Of a stretch of 64,000 nucleotides of DNA, positions 1 to 13,545 are shown piece by piece. A program made the position numbers and the translations under genes. The DNA lies in contig OY253672.1 in NCBI GenBank assembly GCA_958009085.1, positions 558,001 through 622,000 of the forward strand, read 5' to 3'. The stretch's first letter is position 1, and every line of letters begins with the position of its first letter. Source of the stretch: Protoeuglena noctilucae (Eukaryota). The notes beneath the pieces were generated by a model. That model searched no databases. It saw nothing but the letters and a program-made list of their open reading frames with translations, and was not told where the DNA came from.

Positions 1-511
1 CTGCGTGCATCGCTGGCGGACGTCGCCCCTGGCCGGTCGAGATTTGCAGCGCAACAGGTGAACTTACAAAGAATCGCGCGGGCTCACCAGGATCCTCAGC
101 AGCGGCGCGAGCGTGGCATCATCGACCAGGGCTGCAATCGGCTCCTCGCTCCGCACCGTGTGCGGCAGCGACGGCACGGACTCGATCGGTGCAACCACCC
201 TGCCGACCTCAGGATCCTGCGCCGACCATGGCGTAGGCCGTTTGCGACGTGACGCGCGCGCACCACCTGGCATGAAACCTTCATGAGAATGTGAGTCCCT
301 GGCGGCGTCGTTTGTGCAGCCGAGTTACCTCCCTGACAGCGCAGCCGACAGGTCCGGTCTCGGAGAAGCGCAGGACGCACGTGCCACCCTCCCAAGCGAA
401 CCATGTCATCGCATCACGAAGCGCATTGACCGTGGTCGCCTCGGTCGCGCCGCGCGCCACGCAAATGAGCACAGCGGCGACCGCGACGAACAGACATACG
501 AGACGCGCCAT
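1..511 (-). CDS. NCT: Nicastrin (gamma-secretase subunit), 5' part; the gene runs off the window start
   Basis: Signal peptide MARLVCLFVAVAAVLICVARG, then ...EGGTCVLRFSETGPVGCA spliced to DPEVGRVVAPIESV. This parallels plant nicastrin 'GFPCVRLLNLSGEIGCSNPGINKVVAPI'. The next intron (GTGAGC near 86) extends to the window edge. Confidence 0.7.
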
Positions 512-958
512 CACATCATCGCCATGTCCCAACTGATGCTAGAGCCAAGCCCCAGCGGACTCCATCACAGTTCACAGCTCATGCGCGTTGCCCAGGACCA
601 TAACAGCAGCGCTAGGCAATGTCCCGGGGTCGGAGTGAGCCACGGGAGTGCATGCACTGAGTGGCAGTGAAGCGACTGGCCAGTCTCGGATCTGGCAAGC
701 CGCCAGAAGATTCGAACCCAGCTGTCGCAGCGATTTAGGACGCTCCGCCCCTCTGCGCGTCCCATCCGCGTGCCCTGCATACGTGCGTGAGCATTCACTG
801 ACATTGCGTGGCCCATGGCGGACGAAACCGCGGCGGGGACGCCCATACGGCGGTGCGATGTCCTGCACGCTGGCGCCTCTGTCGCCTGCGCCTCCCTCCC
901 TCAACTGCCACGCAAACCCCATCACACACTTCTTTAACGACATTGTCCCTGCAGGCCC

Positions 959-2677
959 ATGGAAGGCGCCGAGAGGGGCGCCGACGCGACGCCCCTGACG
1001 GTCCGCGGCACTCCCCCTACGGCCTCGGCGCAGGGGTCGCTTTCCGACTCCACAAACCTCCCCAAGGCCGCGAAACGGAGGAAAACTATCGCATCGAGTC
1101 CGGCGGGGCCGCTGTACGGTGTGCCAGTCACGGGAGGCAAGGGGCGTTGGGAGCGCCTGACTTTTGAAGACGGCGCCCCGCCCGCGCGGTGGGGCGCGGC
1201 CTCGTGCGTCCTGGAGAGGACCGGAGAGGTGACGCGCAGCGCAGCAGGCGGGCCACGCCGTGCGAGTCGCTGAGCAGGCTGCATATGGCACGCAAGCGTG
1301 GTCGCATGCAGGCCGCGAAAGTGGTGGTGGTGGGGGGCGAGGGGGAGGCTGGGCATCTGGGCGACACGTGGATGTTGGACCTATTGACGATGCGCTGGGA
1401 GGAGGGGGCGCTGGCGACCGGGGACGGGGGTGGATGCGCGTGGCACACGCTGTTCGTCGCTGGGACGCCCGACGCGCCCCAACTCATGACCTTTGGGTGA
1501 GCATGCGGCATGCAGCCACATGCCCGCGATGCACTCCTTGCGTGCACTGCGCCTATGGAAACGCCATGTGCCACGTGGGCCCTCACAGAGGCGAGCGGGG
1601 CTGCCGCATGGCCCCTGGGACTGGGACAGAGGAGGACGGGCAGGACGCGCCGGCAGAGGTGCTGAACGACATGGGCGCCTTTGACTTCGACTGCACGTTG
1701 TGGTACTTCCCGCCCATCGCACACGAGGACGACCAAGGCGTGGTGCCGGCCCGGGCGGGCCACACTACGACGGTGTTGTCAGACGGTCGCGTGCTCGTGT
1801 TTGGGGGTGTGGACAGGCAGGGAGCCTTCACGAACCAGGTGTTCATGTTCCACCCGGCCCTGCTCCGGTGGGAGAGCCCCAGCCGGCAGGAGCTGAGGGG
1901 CGCACCTCCCAAGGCCCGTGCCTATCACACAGCCGTGCAGCTGGGACGCCGGCTGGTGGTGTTCGGGGGCACCGGCAAGGCCACGTGGAGCATGCGGGAG
2001 GTCTACACGCTGGACCTGGACGCGTGGAGGTGGTCGGAGCACACGAGCAGCGGTGAGGGGGGCGATGGGTGCGATTAAAACCCACGAGCATGCATGTTGC
2101 ATCAGTGGCATTGTGCTTTGCAACTGGCCCTGATGAAGATGGAGAGGTGTCCTGTTACTCGTTACCTTACAGTTACTTGCTTTCACTGTTTCCCTGGCGC
2201 AGTGGAGGGGGAGGTGCCAGCACCGAGGCATTCGCACGGAGCGGTCGCCCTCGACGACCATCGCATCCTCGTCTTTGGGGGCTGGGACGCGTGCGCGGAG
2301 CCGCCGTGCCACTTTGGGGACGCCGCGGTCCTCGACACGCGGACCTGGGTGAGGAAGGATGGGCAATGCTGGCAAGAGATGCAGTGGTTCATGACTGGAA
2401 CCCTCAAGGCAGCCCTGGTGTAGCGTGGAGTTGATGAGATGCGATGGGAATGACACATCGCCCTCGATGCGCGCAGATCTGGAGCCGCGTCGAGCTGTCA
2501 GGGACAGGGCCGGGGCCCGTGGCAGGGCACTGCATGCAGCGGGTGGCGGTGAGGCGGGACACGAGTGGGACGGAGGAGGCAGCAGTGATGGTGATGGGCG
2601 GGAGGAACGCACGGGGTCAGGTCCAGGACGGCGTGTACTTGCTACACGTGTCGCTGAGCCTGCCTGGCGCGGACTAG
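959..2677 (+). CDS. Kelch-repeat (beta-propeller) protein, 5 exons
   Basis: Repeated Kelch motifs: PPARWGAASC, VVVVGGE..GDTWMLDL, PARAGHTTTVLSDGRVLVFGG, PKARAYHTAVQLGRRLVVFGG, PAPRHSHGAVALDDHRILVFGG. GT-AG introns at ~1229-1310, 1497-1588, 2053-2202 and 2349-2476 keep the frame. Stop TAG at 2677. Confidence 0.85.
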
Positions 2678-2794
2678 ACGTGACTGCGGCATTGCCATCA
2701 CTGTCCGAATGCCATGGTCGGCGTGCGGTTCAGGATTCTAACCACCGGGCACGGCGCACTTCAACGTTTGGATGGGCCTATGCACTGTTCAGTC

Positions 2795-3734
2795 TCACTC
2801 TTCCTTCATTGCAGCGTCCTTTTCTGGCTGGATGGGCTGGATGAGGTTGAACCTGCGGGGAGTGGGTGCAGAGAGGGTGACGCTCACCAGGTGCACAGCC
2901 CAGCAGGCTGCCGCGAGGTGCCGCCTGCGTCTAGAGACCACTGCACGTAGCTTGGGCTGGGCTGAGCTGGGCCTGTGCACGCACACACCTCAAACGAGAG
3001 AGGAGGTGCGGGAGGCTGGAGAGCGTGGGGCCGAACTGGACCGGGTTCTCGTACAAATGCATCAGCGCGACCGCCCGGAAGTTCTGCAGCGAGAAAGCGC
3101 ACACGCGGTCGACGCACAACCCTCTCCTTGCCAATGCAGCGTGCACGCAGCGCGGCTCAAACCTTGTTGTTCCGGATCTGCAGGTGCGCGCGCTCCGGCA
3201 GCAGGACGAGGTAGAGCCGCCTCAATTCCTTGGGCCGCGTGACGTGCGGGGGCAGGTACGGGTACACGACGGGCTCGAAGTTGGGGCGGTACATCATGCC
3301 GAGCACCTCGCAGACCTCAAAGTCCACATGCAGATCCGGGTCCTTGGGCGCCAGCTTGTTTCGCAGCTTCCTTTTCAGGCCCTCAATTTCACCCTCGCCC
3401 GGTCGGAGGCGGCCCCCGGGCAGCATGATCTGCCCCTGGTCCTCGAGAACAAGGACGTGCGGATGGTTGTTCGTGTGCACCAGGATGACCGCCTCCACCC
3501 TGCAGGAGCGGCCCGATGGGAACATCTGACTGCTAAGCAAGCGACTCGAAGCTTCGCCAGCGTCGCGGGCCGCGCGGCGGAGCTCTCCAGCACTCACGTC
3601 CTCCGCATCCCCTGCCGCGAGTATTCGGAGCGCATCCGCGCCAGCCGCGCCGACATCGACTGGTCTTTGTTATTCGTATCATCCTTGGTGCCGAACCTGT
3701 AGTTGGACACATCGTAGATGCTGTACGTCGCCAT
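2795..3734 (-). CDS. NUDT21: Cleavage factor Im 25 kDa subunit (CFIm25/CPSF5/NUDT21), 4 exons
   Basis: MATYSIYDVSNYRFGTK...GMRRT|VEAVILVHTNNHPHVLVL...LPGGRLRPGEGEIEGLKRKL...YRPNFEPVVYPYLPPHVTRPKE...|NFRAVALMHLYENPVQFGPTLSSLPHLLSR. These are characteristic CFIm25 motifs. Confidence 0.93.
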
Positions 3735-4057
3735 GCCGGTCGCCGCCGTGCCACGGCAGGCCGGCCAGCCGCGCTCAAGCCAGCGGCGCCCCCCCTCGGA
3801 ATGCCTTATCCACTATGCTAGCTGGCTGTTCACAGGAAACTCAGGAACTGCGGAAGCAGGTTGATCCCAGGACGACGCACGTGCACGACGAAAGGGCAGA
3901 TGTGCGATGGCTGGCGCCAGGGAGCGGCTTGGGGTTTCAAGACACGTACGCGATATCTAGACGGAACTCGTTTAAAGCTGCAGGCTCAGCAGCTGGGCTA
4001 AACACAACGCTGGATGCGCGCCAGATCCGTGCCAGAAGCAGCAGGGGTCCTACCCAG

Positions 4058-7000
4058 TCAGGCGAGCCCGGAGAGGAAGTCCCCGAATGAGATGCCTGCG
4101 CCCCCTGAGCTGGCGCCCTTCCCTCCCAGTATGCTCCTGCAAGCGACGGCGCATGGGTGCGGTGTGGCGCACCAAGCCGCATGCATACACCAGGGGCGCA
4201 GGCAGACCAAGGAATGTACCCACGCGGTCTAGATGGACTAAACAATATGAGGACGTGCGTTGCACCCCATAAGCCACCCCGCTCACTTGAGATAGGCCGT
4301 CACGCCCCCCTCCTCTTTGGGCGTCTCGGAGTCCCCGGCAGAGGATGACCTGCGTGTGACAGAAGGACAGACTGAGTTGTAATGATACATATGACATTGG
4401 ACAGTCACAAGGCTGCGCTGGCATCGTGGCTGGCAGGGCGGCAGGGGCGCAGAAGCTCGTATGTTCCACCCGCGCTCGCAACCGCACATACCCTGTACAA
4501 GACCCATGCACACAGGGCATATGCGCCCCTCTCACCTCCTCGGCTCCGGCAGCGTCGCGAAAGACGACGCCCCGACCCCCGTGTACGTTGCCGATCCGAC
4601 CTGGGCGGCCAGGATACTCTGGGGCCCCTTGGGCCTGGACCCGACTGCCCCGGCTGCTTTGGCTGACACGGACGCCACGCTCTGGAGGCCGGGCGCTGCG
4701 GGACAGGAGAAGGGCACGTGGCAAGTGATGCTGCAAGACACGTGAGCGGGGTGAGAGGGAAGAGACGCACGCTCGGCACAGCCATGCACATGTCGCAATT
4801 TGTGCCATAGAGAGAGAACAAGGCACGCAAGCTTAGCCGAGTCTTTTGCTCTTCGCGTGCCCAGTCGTACCTGAGAAGGGGAGGTAGGCGAACCGCGGGA
4901 CGGCGGGCGTGGGGCCCAGCGTGGAGGTGGGGGTCGCACCGCTTGCAGCCCTCGTCACGCTACCAGACGCATTAGATCCCAGCAACCCCACGAGGTGCGA
5001 GACGCCGGCCAGGGCTTGAGAGGCGAGGTTCTTGAGGGGCGCTTCGTACGCAGCCCAGTCAATTGGGTCAAGAGGTGACGACACGACCTGCAGGGTCTGG
5101 CGCAGGGATTCTGACACCGCACGTGACCCATCGCTGCTGGTGGCGTCGGTCATTGCGGGACCCGCCACGACGTGGCAGTCCAAGGCGAGCTGGAGAGCAC
5201 CGGACTCGGTGACACCGATGGGGGCGGCGGCGGTCAGTGTGGCGCCTTTGGTGAGGCGGGAGCGGAGGTTGGTGAGGAACGACAGGGCGACGGAGGCGGT
5301 CTGCAGAGAGACAGGGAAGGGACAGTGAGTGCGTCGCCTCACTCCCCAACTGGTTTGGTCCCCAGCTGGCAAGGGACGCGCACGCGATGGCTTGTGGTGC
5401 AACACACACACCCTGGCACACCCTGACAACGTCAGCAAAGGCAGTCAAACGCGTTCCCTCTGTTTCGTGCGTAGCTACGACCTCGCTCACCAGGGCCTGT
5501 GCCGTCGCGCGGTCCTCCGGGCTCCCAGGTGAGACGGTCGCGTCCCTTGCAATGGTGGCTGCGTCGATCAGCAGCCGCAGGGCCGCCGGCGATGGAGACG
5601 ATGGCAGGCGGGCAGACAGGCCAGGGCGCAGCTCCACCTCGACATGGGCGGGCTGCGGAGGCGCACGGAGGTGGCAAACTTCTCCGTGCAAAGTTGTTCG
5701 CTCACTTGCACTCTTGCGCCCGCCACCATCCCAGCTGCACGACCGAGGCAAGCATGGGGTCCGCCACTCACCATCGGCCCATCCCAGGCGAGCATGGGGT
5801 CTGCAATAAGGTCCACAGCTGCCCCTTCCCCCAAAGGCCGGCCCCGCACAGCTGCCCACGCATCCACGCAAGACGCCCCCACCCTCCGCAGCTCGCCCAC
5901 AGCCGGGGGGTCGGTGCGGGAGGTGGCGCGCGCCGGCACAGTGCGGCCGCGGGTCCCGGCCCGGCTGCCCACGGCGCCCGCCCATTGGTCCGGCGATCCG
6001 AGGGCGATCGGGAGCAGACCCCCGCACAGCGCCAGCACCGCCCGGCCCGCCGCCAGGACGCGCAGGGATCCTTCGGATGCTTGTTCGCGGGATTCAGGGG
6101 CCGAGCGAGCCAGCGCCGGTCCCAGGTCTCGCGTCGATGTCAGCACGTCCGCTGCCATCGCCTGCACGCTCTCCTGGACCTTCCCGTACAGCCCCGGCGC
6201 CCTCACGAGCGATCGACCCGATGCGAACGCGACCCCGCTTGCTCCCTCCTGGAGCCCCACTGCCAGAGACATGGCCGCCCTGCGCAGGTGTACGTGAGTG
6301 CCACCATGTCAATCGTTAGTTGTGCCCTTCCAACGCATGTGCTGCCCATCTGGGACGGTCGGCGACGCATTACAAGTGTCTCTTCGATATAAGTCACTCA
6401 CCTCAACTGCTCCTCGACTTGGCCCATGCCGCTCAGCACCGCATCCCTCCACTCTCGCCCGTCCGCAGTCCCATCCATGTCGTCGGAAACACGGAGGCAC
6501 ACGGACAGTGCGCCGGCAAAGCTCTCGTGCGCGCGCTTCACGGACCCCACCGCCACGGACTCGGCATGCGAAGCCAGGGCGCGATTGCACACGTCGTCCC
6601 ACTGCAGGGGCGTTGAGGTCGAAATGATCCGGGGTGCGAGCCGCGACGCGCCACAAGCAAAGGCCTGGCGGCAGTGCTAGGCATCTCACCGCTGACCAAG
6701 GCTCCCCGAGCGTCGCAACCGCGACCTCCTCCCACCGTGGCCCTGTATCCACGGAGCGCACCGCCCCCCGACCGTGCTCTGCCGACAGCTCCGGGGCTGC
6801 CCACGCGTCCACCGCCGTCCTCGCCGCCACCGCCACGTCCAGCAGCGTCTGCGCGTCCCTGCAGAAGCCCAGCTGCAGAGGACCAAGGGCATGCATGCGT
6901 TGATGTCTCACCAACACGCTGTCGGAGAGACGATTGCATGAAGTGTCAAAAAGAGAGGTAGCGCTGCCCTGCAGCGCCTACGCATGACAGCCCAGTGGCA

Positions 7001-8729
7001 CACCATCACACAGCAGCCAGCGTCAGGTGCAACTCCCACCCCATCAGCGCATGCTGCACGCCGCCCCTCACCGCCTCAGCCGCAGATGCGCTGACATCCT
7101 GAGCCGATCGACGGACCCATTCCCGGAGGACCTCCCTCGCTTTCCCGGGTGCCAGGGACTCCACCTCCCGCCCCAGCCGAGCGCAGGACCCCTGCCACCC
7201 GGACTCGCCCCCAGTCTCGTGCCCCAGTGCCCCCAGCAGCGCCTGGTCGCTCGTGGGCGCCGCCGCTGCCTCACGCACCAACAGCTCTCGCAGGAGGGGT
7301 CCTGGTGGGGCCTGCAGAGACCCACGTGATCCCGCACGGGCCACCGCCGCCGCTTCCCCGTCCGGCCTCAGCCCTTGCGGCCCCACGAACATCGCCCACG
7401 CCACTGCCACCGTGTCCTGGATGCACAGGGCCCCGCGCGCCAACGCCGCCCCCGCTGCAGCCGCCTCGCCCGGTCGAGCTGTCCCCGGCGCTGTATTGTG
7501 ATCGTCGGAGGAGCTGCCAGCTCCGTCGGCGGTGGGGGCGGTCGGGGCTCCTGGCCGGGCCGCAGTGGCACGGGCGGCGTGCAGTCGCGCATCCAAGTAG
7601 AGCTGTGAGGGGCAGGGAACGAGTCATGGGTTGCGAAGTGGGCCAGTCATCCCAATCTCTTTGCGACAATCACACACAGACAGGCAGTCCAGTTTCGACA
7701 CTTACGCGGAGGAGGTCGAGGGGCTGGAGGTGCGGGTGAGAGGCTAGAGCGGCGGCGAGGACGAGGGTCGCGGAAGCAGGAGTCTGCAGGGCCGGGGATG
7801 CGAGGCTGCGGGACACGTGGTCTGCCACGGCGGTGCCCAGGGCGCTGAGCTTGGGCGCCTCCCGAGCCAGGAACGGGAAGTGCCGCGACAGTTTGCCCAG
7901 GCTGCCGCCGGGCGCTAGGGCCGCCTGGGCACACCGGGCGAGCCGCAGGGTCCTGCGAGAAAGGACTGACAACCTTCATGGCGTGGTGGCACGCGGTAAT
8001 GGATCAACCCGTGCCGTCCCCCGTCCGCTGCGCCCGCCTCGAGCGCGCAGTTCACCGTGCGGCTTCGAGAGCACCTCCGGCGTCCAGGCACGCCCAAAGC
8101 GCCTCGGGACATTCCAGCAGAAAGTGCACCAGGGTCGCGGCGCGGTGAAGGTGGTCGAATCCCGCCGCGATTTCCGCCCTGGCCGCCCCAGCACCCTTGC
8201 TGGCAGAGCTCTCTAGATGATGGAGCTTGTCCGGGAACGAGGCGAGCAGTTGGGCTGCTTTGCGCGCCGCACCCGCAATAGAAGCAATCGTGTCCGAGCT
8301 GCAGGCGCGTGAGAGGGACCTCGCGCTTAGCCGATGTTCGCTCCTCAGCAACCTGAACCAGGTGCAGCTTTTCGAATGCGCCGTGCGCCCATCACGCACC
8401 TGGTGATCAAGTCGCGGTAGGACTCGCCCACCAGCGACCGCAGCTGGTCCCGCTTCTCCTTCACATTCTCCTCCGCCCGCTGCGATGCAAAGAGAATTCC
8501 GTCCTCGTGGCCACCGATGCAGAGACAGCGCACATCGCGCCGCGGATTCGGTGCAGACCAGTTCGCATTTCTTCCCCCATCCATTTCGAGGCATCGATGA
8601 ATCGGTCGCGCGCAGATACATGCCCAGCGACGACATATGTGACTCGAGCACCTGAGCGACAGTCCGAATCGCAGCGACGGGCTTGGTCTCGAACAGTCCC
8701 TCGGCGCTGTGGGACGGGTCGAAGTCCAT
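4058..8729 (-). CDS. COG1: Conserved oligomeric Golgi complex subunit 1 (Vps51/COG1 family), about 11 exons
   Basis: N-terminus AEGLFETKPVAAIR|RAEENVKEKRDQLRSLVGESYRDLITS|SDTI (Vps51 domain), FLLECPEALWACLD, C-terminal VPRFAYLP and ISFGDFLSGLA*. Internal and 3' exon boundaries are approximate. Confidence 0.85.
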
Positions 8730-8836
8730 GCGGCTCCGAGAGCCCTGGGGCGTCAGGGGGGGCATCTTGTGTCCCTACAGCTTCAGCTCCCTGGCATCAG
8801 GCCCCTCACACGCTGCCCGCTGCACGCTAAGGGAAC

Positions 8837-8874
8837 GCGCCGAGCGCCGAGCGCCGAGCGCCGAGCGCCGAGCG
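8837..8874. repeat. Heptamer tandem repeat (GCGCCGA)x5.4
   Basis: Read directly from the sequence. It lies in the divergent intergenic region between COG1 and the next + strand gene. Confidence 0.95.
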
Positions 8875-9304
8875 TGACTGGTGGGTACGGAATGCTGCGG
8901 CTGCGTCCCGCCGCGCACCACGGAGGAAGACAAGCGCGAAGATGGCGATCTTATGAGCGTTTGGGCAGTGGTGTTTCCGGCGACAGTGCGGTCGTTTGCC
9001 CGACTGCACGCACCTCCGCTCCAGCAGCACATAGCCCCGCAACTTCTGCATGATGATTTGACAGTGACATGACTCCTTGCCATCAAGGGTCCCCTCATCT
9101 GTCGCGCCCCGCCACTTCGAACATCTTGGCGCGAGACGCCCGCTTGGCGTCACAGAGGCATTCCGTGCCCTCTTGCCGCCTGCTTCTCGCTGTGCGAGTC
9201 ATACTGCGCTGTTACGGTAGGTCAGCGGGCTCCCCGGTCCTCTCGTTTTTGGCTGCGGGTCGACAAAGGGATGCCTTCCCGTTGAGCGAGCGCCGGCGGT
9301 AAAA

Positions 9305-12300
9305 ATGGAGAACGACTGGGAGAGGAGGAAGGTGACGAGAAAAAGATAGCTGCGGTGGACCAGGGAGCTGTCGGCACGCCCTCCGCGCCCCGGGCTTCCT
9401 GCTCGCATGACGGCAGTGTGGCTTCCTGCACATGCTCGCCTCACGAGCTTCCCCTGCGTAATGGGCCACTGCAGAATGCCACCATTGTGGCTTTGCAACG
9501 GGAGCTGGAAGCGCTAAACGCCCTTCGGCAGGGAGGGGCTGGGGCTGGCCCCAGCCAGCACGCCCAGCAAGGAGGTGCTCTGAACGACAGCGTCGAGACC
9601 ATCGAGTCCGCGCAGGCAAGGAACTTCGACAACCTTTGTTGCTTGCTTTTCCATCGTGCGCGTCACTTCAAGGCAACACCCGGCCACGCTTGCGCTCTCA
9701 GATGTCCGATGACGACGAGCGCCCGCCGCTGCGCGAGCCCCTCGTGCACCGCGGGCAGCGCCTCAACGTCCTCGTCCTCCCGCGTGACCGCTCCGTCGCG
9801 CCCCCACCGCCGCCGGCCCGGCGGGAGGAGCCCCCGACGGCGGTGGTCCTGGGCCCGCGGGTCCCACCCTCGACTTGGGAGCTTAGCCGGGCCAAGGCGG
9901 TGCTCTTCTACAAAGAGGAGAACGAAGCGCTGCGGGCGGAGCTGCGCGCGCCCAAGGACGTTCAGGAACGCCGCGTGCAGGAGGTGCAGGGCCGTGCCGA
10001 CGCCCAGGCCCGGGCAGCGGCAGAGCGGGAGGCAGCGTTGCGGGCAGAGATCGAGCGATGCGCTATGGAGGCGAAGGTTTGTGGTCGCTTTCCAACAAAG
10101 CAGCTCTGTACCTGTTCACTGCACGTGTTGTGAGCGGAAGGCGCGGCGTACACTTTGCAGTGCCCCTTGCCCCTGGCAGGGCCTTACCCCTGGGGTAGCC
10201 CAGCGACGTGCGCCACAACCATCGTCAGGACTTCTCGCAGGAAGTGCGACAGCAAGCGCTTGCGGAAATCGAGTCTGGCCAAGCAGCCGCAGAGGCTCTG
10301 ACGCAAGAGTGGCGCCTGAAGGCGTGGGCGGTGCGCCGGTTCCGGTGAGGCGCAAAGGCGTCCTGTAGCTTAAGACATGGCTTGCGCCGTAACGTGTTCT
10401 TGTTAATTAACAGCGCAGGTGTATCCATCCCCACTGCCAGCTTGCACATGGGTTGTCCATACCATGACCTGGGCCGACGTGACGGGGTGCCCGCAGGGAG
10501 AATGTGTGGGAACAGCAGCGCCGGCGGCGTCTGGAGGGGGTGGCGTCGCGGCTGGCGGTGCGGACCGAGTCCGGGAGACTGCAGGCATGCTGGTCGGCGT
10601 GGGTCGAGGCGGTGCGGACGGGGTGGCAAGCGCGGCGGGCCCAGGCCAGGGCCGAGTCGTGGGGCGCGCTGCACGATCGCCTGGCGGGCCGGTCGGCGCT
10701 GCTCGCGTGGGCGGACGTGGCTGCTGAGCGCGCGCGCCTGCGCCGCCGGTCCCTCCGGTTCACGGGGCGGTGCCAGCAGCGCCTGGCCGCCCGCGTTCTC
10801 CGGGCCTGGGGCGAGCAAGCGGACGAGCGTCGCGTCGAGGGGGGCCGGATGCGCCAGGCGGAGCGCTGGCACACCGGGCGCTTGCTCCTCCACGCCTGGA
10901 GGGGGTGGCGCCAGTGCACCGATGACGCCCAGGTGACTACTGCGACCTCGCACCCACACCGGGCGCACCCCTAGATACCGCCGCTTGGCTTGCCTTGGCT
11001 CTAATTCCTTCTTGTGCTACTGCTCTGGCAGCGTTCGAAATGCATGTACCCGCCTTCTGGCGTGCGCAGGCCCGTGCCCAGACCGCGCACAACCTCTGCG
11101 AGCAAGGGCTCCTGCGTCGCGCGTGGGCGTCGTTGCTCGATGCGACGAATGCGGCTGCGGAGGGACGCGCGAGAGTGGAGCGGATGGCCCGGTGGCGTGG
11201 GCGGCGGGTGCTGCGGGCGTGGAGGGACACGGCAGGGGTGACGGTGGAGGCCAGGCGTTACGGGGAAGCACTGGCGGACGCCAGAGAGGCAGCGCGGGAC
11301 CAGCGGCGGGTGCTCGCTGCGTGGGAGGGGTGGCGGGATGCGGTGCAGCAAGCGCGTGGGGTGGCGCGGCTGGCGCAGGTCGTCCGCCGTTGGGTGCCCG
11401 CGGATGAAGAGAGGCTGGCGAGGGGCGTCTGGGAGGCGTGGCGCCGGTCGGCGCTCGTGTCGGCGCGGGCGGAGCGCATGGCGGCGCGGCGGCGGGCGGG
11501 GCTCCTTCGGGGCGCTATGCGGGCGTGGCGGGTGGCAGTGCAGAAGGCCGCTGGGGACGCAGCGCGGGCAGACGCGGCGGTGGAGCGGGCGCGCGTCAGG
11601 CTGGGCGGACGCGTGCTGCTGGCATGGGCAACCGCAGCGCAGAGGAGCGCGCGGGCGGCCGCGGAGGAGTGCGGCACGCAGCTCGCGTCAACTCTGCAGC
11701 AGACCCGGGCGCAGCTGGCAGCGACGGCGGGGGACCTGGGGTCGGCCCGCCGCGACCTGACGCGCGCTCGGCGGCTGGAGGAGGAGCTGCGCGCCGAGGC
11801 GGACGAGCTGCGGCGCACGGAGGCCCTCGCTCGGGCCCGGGAGTGCTGGGGGCCGGTGCTGTCCCCCAATGGGGACGCCAGCGCCGCGCTGGTCCCCGAC
11901 CTCGTCTGGCGGCAGGTGCGCGCGGGCGGCGACGAGCCGACGGCCCGCGAGCGCCTGGCGTGCGCGTGGGTGCCGGCCGACAGCCTTGTGGGGTCCCGGG
12001 GCCCGGCGGCTTTCGAGGAAGCGGCGGACGCACCCCTGCGCCTGGCGGGCGGCGCCTCGGCAATTCTGCGGTCCGTCTACCGCGTGGCCGGGGCTTTGGT
12101 CATGGTGGGGGGCGTCACGGGTTGCGAGTGGCTCCGGGACGTGGCCGTGCTTGTCTGGCGGCCCCGGGCGGAGGTGCGCGTGCTCCCTGGCCCGCCATCC
12201 CCGGCCAGCGACGGCGACGGCGCAGCGACGGGATCGTTAGTAGACGCCGGGGAAGCGGGCGCACATACGGCGGGGGATGCAGGGGGGGCAGCGGGTGCGT

Positions 12301-13545
12301 TGCCGGGTGACCTGACGAGGGTGGGGGATGCGGGGGACGGTGAGGGCGAAGCTGAAGGGCGGTGGACGTGGCTGGAGACGCATGTGAATGGGGATACCCC
12401 ACCGCCTCGGCGAGACGTGGCGTCCTGCGCGATCGGGGGCGGCCGGGTGCTGCTGTTTGGGGGCTTCGACGGGGCGCGGGCGATGGGCGACGCGCACGTC
12501 GTGTCGGTGCGCCTGTCCCGCCAGGAGAACGAGGTGGTGGCGGAGGCGACGTGGGAGCCCTTCCGAGCCCAGGTGCGGGGGCTTAGTGCCTTGAGCCCAT
12601 TGCACCGTGGCTTGGGCCTGCTAGAGCTCACGGCGCTGGCAGGCGAGTGATAATGAACCGTTGACTCCTCCCCATGTTCCCAGAACAAGGCGCCCTCTGC
12701 TCGGTACGGGCACTCCATGGCCTGCGACGAGGCCAGTGGGGACGTGGTGGTGTTTGGCGGGTGGCGGGAGGAGCCCCGGGGGCTTTGCTGCGAGACGTTC
12801 GCGCTGAGTGTGNNNNNNNNNNNNNNNNNNNNNNNNNNNNNNNNNNNNNNNNNNNNNNNNNNNNNNNNNNNNNNNNNNNNNNNNNNNNNNNNNNNNNNNN
12901 NNNNNNNNNNNNNNNNNNNNNNNNNNNNNNNNNNNNNNNNNNNNNNNNNNNNNNNNNNNNNNNNNNNNNNNNNNNNNNNNNNNNNNNNNNNNNNNNNNNN
13001 NNNNNNNNNNNNAGCAACTGGCCACGGAGCTGTCCGCGGCGCAGCTCCGCGCCGCGCGGGCCGAGGCCGAGGCGGTGCGCCTCGAGGCCGTCTGCGCCGC
13101 GGCCGAGACTGCCAGGGACGAGGCGACGGCGGCGGCACGGTCCGCCTGCGCCCGCCTTTCGGATGCGGTGCGGGGAGCAAAGGAGCGGGCCGAGAGAGAC
13201 GCCGCCAGGGATGCCAACGCGGTGCTCGCGGCCGAGCGAGCAACGCGCGCCGTGGACCGCGGCGTGCAAGTGTCTCCCGCGGCGTCGCCGCCACCGGAAA
13301 CGGCAGGGCCTGCGAACCCCCCTCGCCTGCCCGGCGCACCAACCCTTCCGAGCGTGTCAGTGAGTGTGGGAGCGGGGGAGACAGCCGATGCTGCTGGTAC
13401 TCAGAATAGCCTCCGCGGCGTGAGTGGGACGGGGGCCCAGGGCATGCCCTCGGGGGTGGCCAACATGGACGAGGTCGTGGCAGCAGCGAGGGACATCATC
13501 CTCCGTCGCATGGCACGGCCCTTGCATCAGGCATGCCATGTATAG
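9305..13545 (+). CDS. Large protein with coiled coil, Sfi1-like Trp repeats, Kelch repeats and a C-terminal coiled coil; interrupted by an assembly gap
   Basis: ORFs 10504-10974 and 10995-12650 have periodic (L/V)xxAWxxW motifs. These are followed by Kelch motifs (ALVMVGG, PPPRRDVASCAIGGGRVLLFGGFDG, PSARYGHSMACDEASGDVVVFGG) and an Ala/Glu/Arg coiled coil after the gap. The start codon is uncertain (9305 or 9702). Confidence 0.65.
12813..13012. other. Assembly gap (200 N)
   Basis: Run of N. Confidence 1.
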
